Assembly (NCBI GenBank): GCA_902572825.1
Contig: CACGHD010000003.1
Location: 5,238 to 69,237, forward strand
DNA from: an uncultured Prochlorococcus sp.
GTDB taxonomy: Bacteria; Cyanobacteriota; Cyanobacteriia; PCC-6307; Cyanobiaceae
Direction: 5' to 3'
DNA: 64,000 nucleotides
The position numbers and the translations under genes were made by a program. Of this stretch, positions 39,488-50,348 are shown in pieces; the first letter of the stretch is position 1, and every line of letters starts with the position of its first letter. The notes under the pieces were generated by a model that made no database searches, was not told the DNA's origin, and saw only the letters and a program-made list of their open reading frames with translations.

Positions 39488-40398
39488 TTACTCATATCCA
39501 GCATTCTCTTTATTGGCACATAGGCTCTTCTTATTATCTCTGGGTCTAGTTCAATAGACGGGGAATTATTTTTCAAACAATCAAGAATTTTTTCTAAAGT
39601 ATTTAATTTCATATATGGACACTCGTTACATTTACAACCTTCTACATCGGGAACTTCAATAAAAATTTTATTAGGTTCTTTCTTTTTCATTTGATGAATT
39701 ATTCCAGGTTCAGTTAGTACCATGTAAGTTTTAGATGGATCTTTACTTACGAAATCAAGCAGCTTACTTGTTGATCCAATAAAGTCTGAGAGAATTAGTA
39801 AATTTTGACTACATTCAGGATGAGCAATTACTTTTGATCCTGGATTTTGATATTTTAATTTTAGAAGTGCTTCTTCACTAAATGATTCATGAACAACGCA
39901 GCTGCCAGGCCATAATTTAAGATCTCTTCCTGAATTTTTCTGTACCCATCTCCCAAGGTTCTGATCTGGAGCAAATATTATCTTTTTATCTTCAGGTATC
40001 TTTTTAATTAATGAGACTGCATTACTGCTTGTACATATGAGATCACTTTGAGCTTTTACTTCTGCAGTGCAATTTATATAACTTACGACATAGTGATCTG
40101 GATTTTCTTCCCTGAATTTTTGAAATTTATCTGAAGGACAATCGTCTGCTAATGAGCATCCTGCGTCAATATCTGGTAATAGGACTGTTTTATTAGGGCT
40201 AAGTATTTTTGCGGTTTCGGCCATAAAGTGCACACCGCAAAAAATTATTATATCTGCGTCATTATTTGCAGCTTTCCTAGATAGATCTAATGAATCGCCA
40301 ATAAAATCTGCAATTTCCTGAATCTCTGGAGCTTGATAATAGTGCGCAAGAATAATTGCATTAGCTTTTCGGCAACGCTCCTTTATTTCAGAAATCAA
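39484..40398 (-). CDS. nadA: Quinolinate synthase
   Basis: LAHYYQ, GCSLAD, AHPEC, CPYMK. Confidence 0.95.
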   Translation of the reverse strand: MISEIKERCRKANAIILAHYYQAPEIQEIADFIGDSLDLSRKAANNDADIIIFCGVHFMAETAKILSPNKTVLLPDIDAGCSLADDCPSDKFQKFREENPDHYVVSYINCTAEVKAQSDLICTSSNAVSLIKKIPEDKKIIFAPDQNLGRWVQKNSGRDLKLWPGSCVVHESFSEEALLKLKYQNPGSKVIAHPECSQNLLILSDFIGSTSKLLDFVSKDPSKTYMVLTEPGIIHQMKKKEPNKIFIEVPDVEGCKCNECPYMKLNTLEKILDCLKNNSPSIELDPEIIRRAYVPIKRMLDMSN

Positions 40399-40501
40399 AT
40401 CCTCTTCATTTTGAACTGATTTCTGTTTTGCAGTAGAAGTTATACTGGTCAGGATTTAGAATATCTCTAAATAGATTATATGCCTTTAAACAGAAAAAAT
40501 T

Positions 40502-41335
40502 CTGACAAATTTAAAAATTGCTATTGTTGGTGACTGTCATGGTCAATGGTCTGAATTTGACTTGAAAGTTTTATCGATTATCAAACCAAATATTGTTTTA
40601 TTTGTTGGTGATATTTCTGATGGAAGTGTCAAAATAATTAAAAAAATCAATGAGATAAAAATTCCTACTTTTGTGATTTTAGGAAATCACGATAGAGGGA
40701 AAGATTCTACAGGCGAAACTCTCTCAAAGCAGATACGTATTCTTGGTGAAAAATATTGTGCATGGGATTTGAAAGTTTTTAATAATCAAATAAATTTATT
40801 ATCTGCTAGACCATGTAGCTCTGGCGGCGGCTATTATCTTTCAAAAGAAGTTAAAGGCGTTTATGGACCTATAACCGAACAAGATTCAATAAATAAAATT
40901 ATCAAATGTTCAAAAGAGACTATTGAAGAAATACCTCTAATAATTATGTCTCATGCTGGTCCTTCGGGTTTAGGTTCAGAACCTAAAAGCATTTGTGGGA
41001 AAGACTGGAAATTACCCTCTTTAGATTGGGGAGATAGAGATTTGTCTGCTGCTATTTCTCAAATACAAAAGAGAAGAAAAGTTGATCTTGTAATTTTTGG
41101 CCATATGCACAACCGGCTTAAAAGAAATCTTGGTTTAAGAGAGATGTTTGAAATTGATAGCAAAGGAACAATTTATTTCAATACTGCTGTAGTACCAAGA
41201 TATAAAACTGATGAAGATGGGAAATTGCTAATTAACTTTTCATGGATTGAGTTTGAAAATAAGGAATTAAGGCATGTTTCTCATCGATGGTATTCAGAGT
41301 CTGGTGAAATTCGTGAAGAAGATAAATTTTTTTAG
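40502..41335 (+). CDS. Metallophosphoesterase (TIGR04168-like); start probably upstream of 40562
   Basis: In-frame GDCHG motif at 40529-40543; VGD, GNHD, SHAGP, GHMH. Confidence 0.8.
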   Translation: MTNLKIAIVGDCHGQWSEFDLKVLSIIKPNIVLFVGDISDGSVKIIKKINEIKIPTFVILGNHDRGKDSTGETLSKQIRILGEKYCAWDLKVFNNQINLLSARPCSSGGGYYLSKEVKGVYGPITEQDSINKIIKCSKETIEEIPLIIMSHAGPSGLGSEPKSICGKDWKLPSLDWGDRDLSAAISQIQKRRKVDLVIFGHMHNRLKRNLGLREMFEIDSKGTIYFNTAVVPRYKTDEDGKLLINFSWIEFENKELRHVSHRWYSESGEIREEDKFF

Positions 41336-41358
41336 GATTAAATATCTCTGATCATATT

Positions 41359-42156
41359 TTAAGTATTATTGGGCTTTTCATATCTTGAAAATAATGTTTG
41401 AGACAAGATATAACCCGCAATTCCTGCGGCTGTAAAAGCTAAACCATTTTTAAATAAAGGTAATAAATCATTTGTTCTGGATATAATCGGTGCCAAACCA
41501 AAAATTCCAAATAACATTCCCCATAGAGGAGAAAGAAGAGCTAAAAATCCAATTGAAATGACTTGACCTTCTTTTCTTGGGGCAGATGCAAAACCTGCTA
41601 CTAAACCTCCAAGAATCGATGTACATAAAGTCCATACATATTGCTCTTTGGGTAGGCCAGGGACAACTTGGCATCCTCCTCTTTCGAGACAAATCTTTAC
41701 TGAATCAATTGCATCTAATACTGCACCATCCTCACCATGATCTTTAACATAGTATTGGTTACCAAATCTTGTTTGAAGTTCAACCCAAAATAACCTTGGC
41801 ATAAAATTAAAATAAGCCTCTCCGACGTTAAAGTTAAGCAAATTTCCCCCTCTAGGATCTGCAACTATCAACAAACTTGTCTCATCTAAATCCCAATAGT
41901 CCTTTATTGCACTACCAGGTGAACTTTCAAACTGAGATAAATATTTAATTTTCCACCCACTTTCAATTTCTAGATTATTGAGCTTTTCCTCTAAAGATTT
42001 TTTCTGATTAGGGCTTAATGTTTTAGCTAAATCAATTACGGGTGTTTTTTCTTCTGGTAAGAGATTTGGATTATTTATAGCGAAAACGGGTTTATGTGAA
42101 ATTAAAACTAATATAGATAGAAATATTCCTAATAAATAGTTAATCTTTGAAGGCAT
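41359..42156 (-). CDS. TPM-domain membrane protein
   Basis: TPVIDLAKTLS; WVELQTRFGN; C-terminal TMs. Confidence 0.8.
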   Translation of the reverse strand: MPSKINYLLGIFLSILVLISHKPVFAINNPNLLPEEKTPVIDLAKTLSPNQKKSLEEKLNNLEIESGWKIKYLSQFESSPGSAIKDYWDLDETSLLIVADPRGGNLLNFNVGEAYFNFMPRLFWVELQTRFGNQYYVKDHGEDGAVLDAIDSVKICLERGGCQVVPGLPKEQYVWTLCTSILGGLVAGFASAPRKEGQVISIGFLALLSPLWGMLFGIFGLAPIISRTNDLLPLFKNGLAFTAAGIAGYILSQTLFSRYEKPNNT

Positions 42157-42187
42157 AAATAAGTTTTGTCTTTTTATATTTTCGCCG

Positions 42188-43378
42188 ATGAATAGCTTAC
42201 CCGCGAATAATCCAGATTGGTTAGTAAAAAAAATAATAAAAATGGGTGGGACTATAAGTTTTTATGACTTTATGAATTTCGCATTAAATGATCCTATTAA
42301 TGGTTATTACGGCAGCGGTAAAGCTGAGTTAGGCGTTCGAGGAGATTTTGTTACATCACCCTCTTTATCTGATGATTTTGCTTTTTTGGTTGGTAAACAA
42401 ATAGAAGATTGGTTGATTCAGTTCAAAAATAGTTTTTTATCTAATCAGAAATTAGCTGTAATTGAATTTGGAGCAGGAGATGGAAGCTTTATGAGTGGAT
42501 TAATTAAATATTTTTTAGAAAATAACAAGAATTTTTTGGAAGGAGTTTCTTTTGTAATTATTGAACTTAATGCAGGGATGGTAGAAAAACAAAAAAATAA
42601 ATTGGAAGAATTTTTAAACTTAGGCATTGATATTTTATGGAAAGGTTTGGATGAAGTAGAGGAAAATAATATAAATGGAATAGTGCTTGCAAATGAGGTT
42701 TTGGATGCTTTGCCAGTAGAGAGAATAACCTTCTCAAAAGGAAAATTACTTCGACAAGCAGTTTCTATAGATAAAAAATCTCATAAATTATATTTTGATG
42801 AAATACCAATTACAAGTGAATTAAGAAAAAGTATTGAACTTGCTAAAAGTGAGTTGGGAGTCACTATTCCGCCAGAAGATGCTCTTGAAGGATGGACTAC
42901 AGAATGGCATATAGATAACTCAAAATGGTTAAAAGCTATTTATCAAAAAATTAATAATGGTATTTTATTGATTATTGATTACGCTAAAGAAGCCAAAAAA
43001 TATTATGCCTCTAAGATTTCTGATGGGACTATAGTTTCTTATGAAAATCAAAAAATGACGAATAATGTCCTAGATTCTCCTGGGAATTGCGATTTAACAT
43101 CTCATGTGTGCATAGAAACTTTAATTAATGATGCTGAGACTCTTGGATTTGATACTGTTGGAATAACTAAACAAGGAGAGGCTTTGTTGGCACTTGGATT
43201 GGCAGAGAGACTTTATGGGATTCAGAAAGAATTTAAGGAGGATTTATCGAATGCCCTTTTAAGAAGAGAGGCATTACTTAGACTCGTTGATCCTGTTTGT
43301 TTAGGTGATTTTAAGTGGTTTGTCTTAAAAAAGTTTAATGAGAAGAAAATGAATATAAATTCAACCTGTTTGCGTTAA
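42188..43378 (+). CDS. MidA/NDUFAF7-type SAM methyltransferase
   Basis: [29 protein letters not shown]. Confidence 0.85.
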   Translation: MNSLPANNPDWLVKKIIKMGGTISFYDFMNFALNDPINGYYGSGKAELGVRGDFVTSPSLSDDFAFLVGKQIEDWLIQFKNSFLSNQKLAVIEFGAGDGSFMSGLIKYFLENNKNFLEGVSFVIIELNAGMVEKQKNKLEEFLNLGIDILWKGLDEVEENNINGIVLANEVLDALPVERITFSKGKLLRQAVSIDKKSHKLYFDEIPITSELRKSIELAKSELGVTIPPEDALEGWTTEWHIDNSKWLKAIYQKINNGILLIIDYAKEAKKYYASKISDGTIVSYENQKMTNNVLDSPGNCDLTSHVCIETLINDAETLGFDTVGITKQGEALLALGLAERLYGIQKEFKEDLSNALLRREALLRLVDPVCLGDFKWFVLKKFNEKKMNINSTCLR

Positions 43379-44466
43379 GAAAAAAACTTTAAAAATAATG
43401 AATCTTCTACGTCATCATATATATCAACAGCACCAATTTCTTTCGGTAATATGAATCTCATTTTGCCATCACGAACTTTCTTGTCGCCCATAAGTATTGT
43501 TAGAACCTCTTCTTTATTTATTTTGGGAATTTCAGTAGGAAGATCGTAACTCTCTAATAGAATTTGCTGTCTTTCTAATTCTTCTTTAGACCATAACCCT
43601 TTCTCAATTGCTATTTTCCCCGCAATATTCATACCAATTGATATTGCCTCACCATGTAGAAATTTGCCGTATCCACATAAATTTTCAATAACGTGACCAA
43701 AAGAATGACCATAATTCAATATTGCTCTAACACCATTTTCATGTTCGTCTTGCGAAACAATATGTGACTTTGTTTTTATTGAACTATCAATTATTTTAAT
43801 TAGATATTCATTCTTGAGATTTATAAGCTCATTCTTGTTTTTTTCAATTTCTAAGTATTCGAAAAGTTCTTTATCTCTTATTACTCCGTATTTTATTACT
43901 TCGGCCATGCCTGCACTAAATTCTCTTTTGGGCAAACTTTTTAAAGTTTCTGGATCAATAAAAACTGCTTTAGGTTGATTGAAAGCTCCAATTAAATTCT
44001 TACCTTTTGGATGATTTACTCCTGTTTTTCCTCCCACAGATGAATCAACCATTGATAATAATGTTGTTGGAATCTGAATATATTCGATACCTCTCAGCCA
44101 AGTCGCAGCTGCAAAACCACTTACATCTCCAACAATTCCTCCTCCAAGGGCAATAATTATTGAATTTCTATCTAAGCCAAATTCAAATGCTACATCATAT
44201 ATTTCACTTAAGGTTTTTAAGTTTTTATATGATTCTCCAGCCTTAATAAGGAACATTTTGGCCTGAAATTTATTATTTTTTAAATTATTTAAAAATTTTT
44301 CTCCATACAAATTTGATATTTCTTCATTTGAAATAACAAGTATTTTTCTATTCTTTGTTATTCCAATTTTTAAAAGTTCTTCGCTGATATTATTCAGTAT
44401 CCCTGCTTCTAGAGTTACTTCGTATGACTTATCACCTAATGGGACTAATATTTTTCTCTTATTCAC
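43375..44466 (-). CDS. aroB: 3-dehydroquinate synthase
   Basis: [30 protein letters not shown]. Confidence 0.97.
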   Translation of the reverse strand: MNKRKILVPLGDKSYEVTLEAGILNNISEELLKIGITKNRKILVISNEEISNLYGEKFLNNLKNNKFQAKMFLIKAGESYKNLKTLSEIYDVAFEFGLDRNSIIIALGGGIVGDVSGFAAATWLRGIEYIQIPTTLLSMVDSSVGGKTGVNHPKGKNLIGAFNQPKAVFIDPETLKSLPKREFSAGMAEVIKYGVIRDKELFEYLEIEKNKNELINLKNEYLIKIIDSSIKTKSHIVSQDEHENGVRAILNYGHSFGHVIENLCGYGKFLHGEAISIGMNIAGKIAIEKGLWSKEELERQQILLESYDLPTEIPKINKEEVLTILMGDKKVRDGKMRFILPKEIGAVDIYDDVEDSLFLKFFS

Positions 44467-44591
44467 AATTGATTACCTAGTTAAAATTTATAAATATTTG
44501 GTATTAAATACTCTATATATTAGCAAAATCTAAGCTCTAGATCCTTAAAAATTCAGTTGTTAAGAATTAGAAATGGTAATAAAATCATGCT

Positions 44592-45782
44592 ATGAGTTTA
44601 AAAAAAAATATAAACGATATTAAGAAAAATTATTCCCTAGGAATAATTGGAGGTGGTCAACTGGCTTTGATGTTAACCGAGGCAGCAAAAAAAAGAGATC
44701 TAGAAGTATGTGTGCAAACAAAATCTTGTGATGATCCTGCTGGTTTAAAAGCAGATCATGTCATAGAAGCTGATCCTTTAAAGATAAGAGGTAATAAATC
44801 ATTAATGAATGAGTGTGAAAAAATAATTTTTGAAAATGAATGGATAAAAATTGATAAATTAAATTTAATTGACAATAACGATATTTTTGTTCCAAGCCTT
44901 AATGCAATTAAGCCATTAGTAGATAGGTTTTCTCAAAAAAAATTAATAGACAGAATGAATATTCCCTGCCCAAAATGGATAAGTATTGAAGATTTTAAAA
45001 ATCTCTCGGATGAGGAAATCAATAATTGGACTTTTCCTCTAATGGCAAAATCAAATAAAGGTGGATATGACGGCAAAGGGAACAGAAAAATAAAGACAAA
45101 AGAAGATTTAGATTATTTTTTAACAGAGAATAGTTCTAATGAATGGTTAATAGAAGAATGGATAGATTATGAAAAAGAACTGGCTCTTGTCGGTTCGAGA
45201 GATAGGACCGGTAAAATAAGATTCTTTCCAATAGTTGAGACGTTCCAATCAAACCATGTTTGTGATTGGGTTCTTGCACCTGGAAGAAATGAATATGATT
45301 TGAACTTATTTGCAATAAATATTTTCTCTTCAATAGTCAATGAACTTAATTACGTTGGAGTTTTAGCTATTGAATTCTTCTATGGAGATAATGGTCTTTT
45401 AATTAATGAAATAGCTCCTAGAACACATAACTCAGCTCATTTCTCTATTGAAGCTTGCACTTCAAGTCAGTTTGATCAATATGTTTGCATTTCTTCTGGG
45501 ATAATGTCACCTGAAATTAAAATGAACTGTGAAGGTGCAATTATGATAAATCTTCTGGGTTTAAAAAAGAATTTCCCAATCACAATTGAAACCAGAATTA
45601 AAATGTTATCTGAAATTGAGGGTTCTAATATTCATTGTTATGGCAAATCTCGAGAAATTCTGGGAAGAAAAATGGCTCACATCACATTTTTATTAAATGG
45701 TAAAACGCATTCAGAAAGATATGATGAAGCTCAAATTTTATTAACTATGGTAAGAGACATTTGGCCATCTCCAAATGCATAA
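44592..45782 (+). CDS. purK: N5-CAIR synthetase
   Basis: GGGQLA, GYDGKG, NEIAPRTHNS. Confidence 0.95.
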   Translation: MSLKKNINDIKKNYSLGIIGGGQLALMLTEAAKKRDLEVCVQTKSCDDPAGLKADHVIEADPLKIRGNKSLMNECEKIIFENEWIKIDKLNLIDNNDIFVPSLNAIKPLVDRFSQKKLIDRMNIPCPKWISIEDFKNLSDEEINNWTFPLMAKSNKGGYDGKGNRKIKTKEDLDYFLTENSSNEWLIEEWIDYEKELALVGSRDRTGKIRFFPIVETFQSNHVCDWVLAPGRNEYDLNLFAINIFSSIVNELNYVGVLAIEFFYGDNGLLINEIAPRTHNSAHFSIEACTSSQFDQYVCISSGIMSPEIKMNCEGAIMINLLGLKKNFPITIETRIKMLSEIEGSNIHCYGKSREILGRKMAHITFLLNGKTHSERYDEAQILLTMVRDIWPSPNA

Positions 45783-45804
45783 AAAAATAAGTTAGAGTTA
45801 GATT

Positions 45805-45978
45805 ACTGGATCTTTGGTTAAGTTCTTCTTTATGTGCTCTGATCTGACTCTCTTTCGACATGAGGAGACTGTCGTGATGCGGTAGTAAACCGATCTTGTA
45901 ATCGGAAACGAAAGCCCACTTTGAATCCTCTTCTGGCATTTCCAGGTCGATGCAGCAGAGAACTGACGGGGATCCGGT
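45805..45978 (+). ncRNA. ssrS: 6S RNA
   Basis: Terminal stem ACTGGATC/GATCCGGT, GAAACGAAAG loop, position downstream of purK as in marine picocyanobacteria. Confidence 0.85.
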
Positions 45979-46091
45979 GTTACCTACCAAAATGCTTGCT
46001 AAAACAAGCTTTTGGCGGGTATTTTATTTTTTTGGAATAACTGAGCTCTTTTTATTCTCTATCAGTGCAAATAATTTATTTGCCAAAATAC

Positions 46092-46139
46092 TTGACGATC
46101 CATTTCTAATGTATTTATATTAATAGTACACATGTATTA
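46092..46139 (+). promoter_or_regulatory. Promoter with cyanobacterial LexA box
   Basis: TTGACG-N18-TATATT followed by TAGTACA-CA-TGTATTA (46124-46139). Confidence 0.7.
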
Positions 46140-46146
46140 CTAATTA

Positions 46147-46446
46147 ATGACTTTAGGAGGAGCTAATGTTTGGACTAATTTTTCTTACGGTTATCGTAAT
46201 GAGTCCCCAAGTGGTTGGTTGCTTAGCCCAGACCGCAGCAGATTAATTTTATTTATAAGGAATAAAAAATCTCCAAGAAATAGTATGAGAATTTTTGCTC
46301 ATACATATTATGCAAATGATCTTGGTGAGCCAATGGCAATTAAATCATCCACTCAAATGTATTTGGATAATGCTTGGGATAAATGGCATGACCTTCAATT
46401 AGAAGGTTGGACTTTTGAGGAACTTGAATTACCTGAATCTGTATGA
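46147..46446 (+). CDS. DUF1651-family protein
   Basis: GWLLSPD..AWDKWHDLQLEGW. Confidence 0.75.
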   Translation: MTLGGANVWTNFSYGYRNESPSGWLLSPDRSRLILFIRNKKSPRNSMRIFAHTYYANDLGEPMAIKSSTQMYLDNAWDKWHDLQLEGWTFEELELPESV

Positions 46447-46572
46447 CTAACTTAAATCCAATCAAAAAGAAATTATCAAAAGTAGATAGAAAGATATCTA
46501 TGCGAGACCCATCAAAATTATTAGCAGAATTTTTTAATGGCGTGGTCATTGAACTTGATGAAGAATATAAAT

Positions 46573-46725
46573 ATGACTCATAAAGAATTGATAGACCAAG
46601 TTTCCGCAAATTTATTTAAACAAAGTGGAAAGTTAGAAAGCAGAAGATCTTGGTTGGCAATGAGAAATTATCTTGAACAATTAGACAGCGAACAACTTAA
46701 ATCCATGCTTAAGGACCACGGATGA
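46573..46725 (+). CDS. Small hypothetical protein (likely start MTHKELID)
   Basis: SWLAMRNYLEQLDSEQL. Confidence 0.55.
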   Translation: MTHKELIDQVSANLFKQSGKLESRRSWLAMRNYLEQLDSEQLKSMLKDHG

Positions 46726-46848
46726 TTTAAAAACTTTATTTAGTTTTTATTTTTTTCTTAATTCTTAGATAACCGTAAGTTGCAAAACCAACCAAAAACA
46801 TGTCCATGTAAATATGCCAAGTAGGAAAAATCTGGTGTATTAATTCCA

Positions 46849-47598
46849 TTAACTTTTTATTGCAACTTGCCAATAAGGATAATCTAAATTTGATTTTTCT
46901 CTAATCAATTGTAATTTTCTAGAATTTATTTTTACTACTATTCCATCTGTTGGATATTTACTAAAAAGCTTCCCTTCTAGCCATTGTTTTCTAAATACTT
47001 CAACTTGGCTCGTAAAGTTGCATGAAATATCCTTAGGGATCGTGAAGCCAAGCTTTGAAAGACTCTTTTTGGACTCATATTGGTTAAGTGTTGAATTAAG
47101 TATTTGAAATGCGCAGAAGCTAAGACTTTCAGAAAATCCCTCTTTAGCTCTTAGAAATCCAGAAGCGATTCTCTGGGAAATATTTGGACTTTGGTTGGGT
47201 GCATATAATTCACCTCTAACTTGAAGAACTCCTCGTAAAGGGAGATTATTGGGAATGTCTTGGACTTTAATAAGTTTACTAGTAACGTCTATCCCTTTTC
47301 TTGAAATTGCTTTCTCCAGGTTTCCATCCCTATATTGCAAAGCAACAGCACAACCATCAATTTTTGGTTCAATTAATAATCTGGTATCTATTAATAATCC
47401 TCTCAAAAATTCATCTATTGAATCCTTTTCTAATGAAGGTAAAACTAGTTTGTTTTTCTTTTTAAAGTAATCACAATTAGGGTTTGTTCTTAATAAATTT
47501 TTTTCAAGTTGGTCGAACTGCTTATCAGAGATTAAAGCATTACCATTTCTATAATTATCGTCATACCATTCAATTCGTTCTTCTAAATAAGTCTTCAT
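46849..47598 (-). CDS. Truncated NAD-dependent DNA ligase (adenylation domain only)
   Basis: YRNGNALISDKQFDQL, EPKIDG, VRGEL, TDGIVVK; ends at VAIK. Confidence 0.85.
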   Translation of the reverse strand: MKTYLEERIEWYDDNYRNGNALISDKQFDQLEKNLLRTNPNCDYFKKKNKLVLPSLEKDSIDEFLRGLLIDTRLLIEPKIDGCAVALQYRDGNLEKAISRKGIDVTSKLIKVQDIPNNLPLRGVLQVRGELYAPNQSPNISQRIASGFLRAKEGFSESLSFCAFQILNSTLNQYESKKSLSKLGFTIPKDISCNFTSQVEVFRKQWLEGKLFSKYPTDGIVVKINSRKLQLIREKSNLDYPYWQVAIKS

Positions 47599-47836
47599 TT
47601 AATTCGATGGCTTAAGTTTTTGGTCAGGTATCCAATTTGGTTTATCTATAAACCATTTTTCTCTATCTTCATATTTTACAGTCCACAAGAGAAATTAAGA
47701 AATTTCTTTTAGAGTTATGCCAACCAAATATCTTGTTTTTGGACTTATTGATATAAATCCAAATAATAATATTAATAAAATAAGTTTAAACATGCCTTTA
47801 ATCATTTAAAAACTCTGCGCAATTTTTGCGAACTTT

Positions 47837-48094
47837 TTAATTAATGCAATTCTTATAACCTTCAATCTTTGCTAGTTCATCAATGTTCAAACCTGTTTCC
47901 TCTAGTAAAGTTTCTCCTATATCGTCCTTATTAAATTTAGTTAAAGCTCCTTTAGTAGAGTATTTAATACATAGGTTTTTGTATTTTGCTTCTTTGACAA
48001 CAGGAGATAAATAAAAACCAAACAAGATGATAAAAGCTCCATAAGTTACAACTTTTCTATGGTTTTTCCACCATTCATAAAATTTATTGGACAC
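47837..48094 (-). CDS. Small membrane-anchored hypothetical protein
   Basis: One TM and two Cys. Confidence 0.6.
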   Translation of the reverse strand: MSNKFYEWWKNHRKVVTYGAFIILFGFYLSPVVKEAKYKNLCIKYSTKGALTKFNKDDIGETLLEETGLNIDELAKIEGYKNCIN

Positions 48095-48163
48095 GAAAAA
48101 TAAATAATTAATTTCTATTTTAAATTGATTGTCAACAAATTACTTTAGTAATTGAAGGATTGC

Positions 48164-48400
48164 TTAATTTATTGTTTTTTCATTAATAGATTTAACCCAA
48201 GAATAATATCTTGATTTTCTAATCCTTTGCTCTTTTAAGACTAATCTATCCGCAGATTCTAGAGGTGATTCTCCTTTCTCAACTTTTGTTGTAATAGATA
48301 TACCAAAACCTTTTGCTTCAATTTTTGCTATGCCGCCCTCTAAAAAAAATAAAAAAGACCAACCTTTATTCCATCCTAAATAGAAGGGATTTCGATACAT
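48164..48400 (-). CDS. Conserved hypothetical protein
   Basis: 78-aa ORF. Confidence 0.6.
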   Translation of the reverse strand: MYRNPFYLGWNKGWSFLFFLEGGIAKIEAKGFGISITTKVEKGESPLESADRLVLKEQRIRKSRYYSWVKSINEKTIN

Positions 48401-48539
48401 TGCATTCTTCCGAATATACTCTTTAATGTTATTTTCCTTTTCAAGGTGCTACTTGTATACACTATTACCAAATAAGAAGTTTACGGCAGATTATTTCTGG
48501 GATGTAAATTTCGTATTTAAATAATTTTTGAATGCATAC

Positions 48540-48586
48540 TTGACGCCTAGAAGTAGTACATTTATATTAATAGTACAACTGTATTA
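48540..48586 (+). promoter_or_regulatory. Promoter with tandem LexA boxes
   Basis: TTGACG; TAGTACATTTATATTA (48554-48569) and TAGTACAACTGTATTA (48571-48586). Confidence 0.7.
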
Positions 48587-48591
48587 TCTTA

Positions 48592-48882
48592 ATGACATCA
48601 GGAGTAGCTAATGTTCGGACTAATTTTTATAGTGGCAGCCTTATTGACACCCCAACTGGCTGGTTGTTTAACAAAAAAAGTGGTTTATTAATTCTTTTTG
48701 AGAGTTATAAGAAATCTCTATCTAATAATTTAAAAGTTTATACTCACCTTTTCTATGCAAATGAATTAGGTGAACCAGCCCAACTTAAAAATTCAAGACT
48801 ACATTCTATTGAGTGTGCTTGCGAAACATGGGATGAATTAGTTTCAGGAGGTTGGCAAATTGTTACTAGTAAATTCCACTAA
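48592..48882 (+). CDS. DUF1651-family paralogue
   Basis: Aligns with 46147 ORF (ANV.TNF, GWL, YANELGEP, W.EL...GW). Confidence 0.75.
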   Translation: MTSGVANVRTNFYSGSLIDTPTGWLFNKKSGLLILFESYKKSLSNNLKVYTHLFYANELGEPAQLKNSRLHSIECACETWDELVSGGWQIVTSKFH

Positions 48883-48884
48883 TC

Positions 48885-49118
48885 ATGTTTAAGGTAAATC
48901 CTTCAAAATGGGAATATCTAAAAGAATCCAATCTAAAACGAAAACGTACAAAGATTTGTATTACTTGCAATCACTTTCGCTACAGCACTACAGAAACTTT
49001 TGCTACTGTCTTGATATGTCCAAGATACGAAAAACGTATACCACAGGGTGATCATTTACTTAAAGGTTGTGAATATTGGCAAAAAAATATGACTATATTT
49101 TCTCCTGAAGGATCTTAA
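48885..49118 (+). CDS. Small Cys-rich (putative metal-binding) protein
   Basis: CITCNHF..CP..GDHL..GCEYW. Confidence 0.7.
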   Translation: MFKVNPSKWEYLKESNLKRKRTKICITCNHFRYSTTETFATVLICPRYEKRIPQGDHLLKGCEYWQKNMTIFSPEGS

Positions 49119-49471
49119 TTATTATCCAATTAATCTTTTCTAGGTACACATATTTAATTATGTAAACAAAGCATTATTTTATACAACTTAAAAAAATCTT
49201 TTTAAGTAATTTGAGAATTATGATTCAATTTTACTTTTCAATATTTCTATTAGTTGTGCTTACATTTTTTGCACTTTTATTAGATGCACCAGAATTGGCT
49301 ACTTTAATTCAAACATTTTAGAAAATAATAAATCAGCATTTTTACTGATTTACTTTCTTTATAAGTAAGACTTAAGTTTAACTTGTTGAATAGGAGGGAT
49401 CTAATGATTGACAGTCCACCAGAGGTGTTAGATTATAAAATTTAAATCTAGATAAAACTAATGCTAAATCT

Positions 49472-49506
49472 GGAATGAATCTTTTTTTTGGGATTCATTC
49501 CTTTTT
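49472..49506 (+). terminator. Intrinsic terminator
   Basis: GGAATGAATC..GATTCATTCC followed by T run. Confidence 0.7.
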
Positions 49507-49613
49507 AATTTCTTTATAAAAAAAATGTGAAATTATAAATATTAAGTTTAAAAAAAAATCTGTTTATATTTAAATGATTTGATGTCAAAGACACTTATAG
49601 AAAGTGATTAACT

Positions 49614-49796
49614 TTACCTGAATCCAAAACCAGTTTTTTGATCCTCCTTTTCTGCCCATTCATTCATAATTAGTTTTAGTAAACTTTTCACTTCCAAATT
49701 CGAAGCTTCAGTATCTTTTTGAAGATTTATACAAATGTTTTTAATTTCCTCATAAGCATTATCAATTAATATTGTTTTTTGATCTGGATTAGCCAT
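49614..49796 (-). CDS. Small hypothetical protein
   Basis: 60 aa ending GFGFR. Confidence 0.6.
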   Translation of the reverse strand: MANPDQKTILIDNAYEEIKNICINLQKDTEASNLEVKSLLKLIMNEWAEKEDQKTGFGFR

Positions 49797-49802
49797 AGAA
49801 TT

Positions 49803-50000
49803 TTAAAATGCTCCATTACAGTTGAAACCGCTGCAGTTAATAACCCTAAAAATATTCATTACAAAGTTGTGGAATCTTTCATCATAAAAAAATGCCCAGA
49901 TTGTAAATATAGCAAAACAAGAGACCGCAAAAGCTACATATTGAAGCCAATGTATTCCATAGCTGTCTAATCCATTTTTATCAAAATCAGAATTACTCAA
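49803..50000 (-). CDS. Small membrane protein
   Basis: One TM segment. Confidence 0.6.
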   Translation of the reverse strand: MSNSDFDKNGLDSYGIHWLQYVAFAVSCFAIFTIWAFFYDERFHNFVMNIFRVINCSGFNCNGAF

Positions 50001-50093
50001 TTGCTTTTTTTCATATAATAAAAAATTTTTTTTAAAAGGAGAGTTTGTTTTGAACGAAAGATTAATTTTTTAAAACTTTAATATAATTATATT

Positions 50094-50348
50094 TTAAATA
50101 AAACCAGGTATAATCCACCCAAAAAAACCGTAGTTTATTATCAAAGCTAAAAAACCAATCATAGCTAATCTCCCATTTGTTATTTCGGCATTTTTCCAAA
50201 ATTTACCCATATAGTTTTTTATTTTTTTCGAATTTTTATCTATCAAATAATTTGGTTCTAAAGGTTCCTGCAATCTTTTGATGGCGTATAAAGAAAATTG
50301 AATAGTTATTGCGATGATAACAATTATAAAACTAGTGAGAGCATCCAT
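50094..50348 (-). CDS. hli: High-light-inducible-like protein with extra N-terminal TM
   Basis: AEITNGRLAMIGF chlorophyll-binding motif. Confidence 0.8.
   Translation of the reverse strand: MDALTSFIIVIIAITIQFSLYAIKRLQEPLEPNYLIDKNSKKIKNYMGKFWKNAEITNGRLAMIGFLALIINYGFFGWIIPGFI

Noticed and set aside
45745-45990. 81-aa minus-strand ORF
   Set aside because: Antisense to 6S RNA and the purK end
20287-47470. Many short alternate-frame or antisense ORFs inside core genes (e.g. 20287, 22009, 22654, 25554, 28707, 30561, 32140, 35569, 37188, 42445, 45136, 47249)
   Set aside because: Shadows of recognised genes
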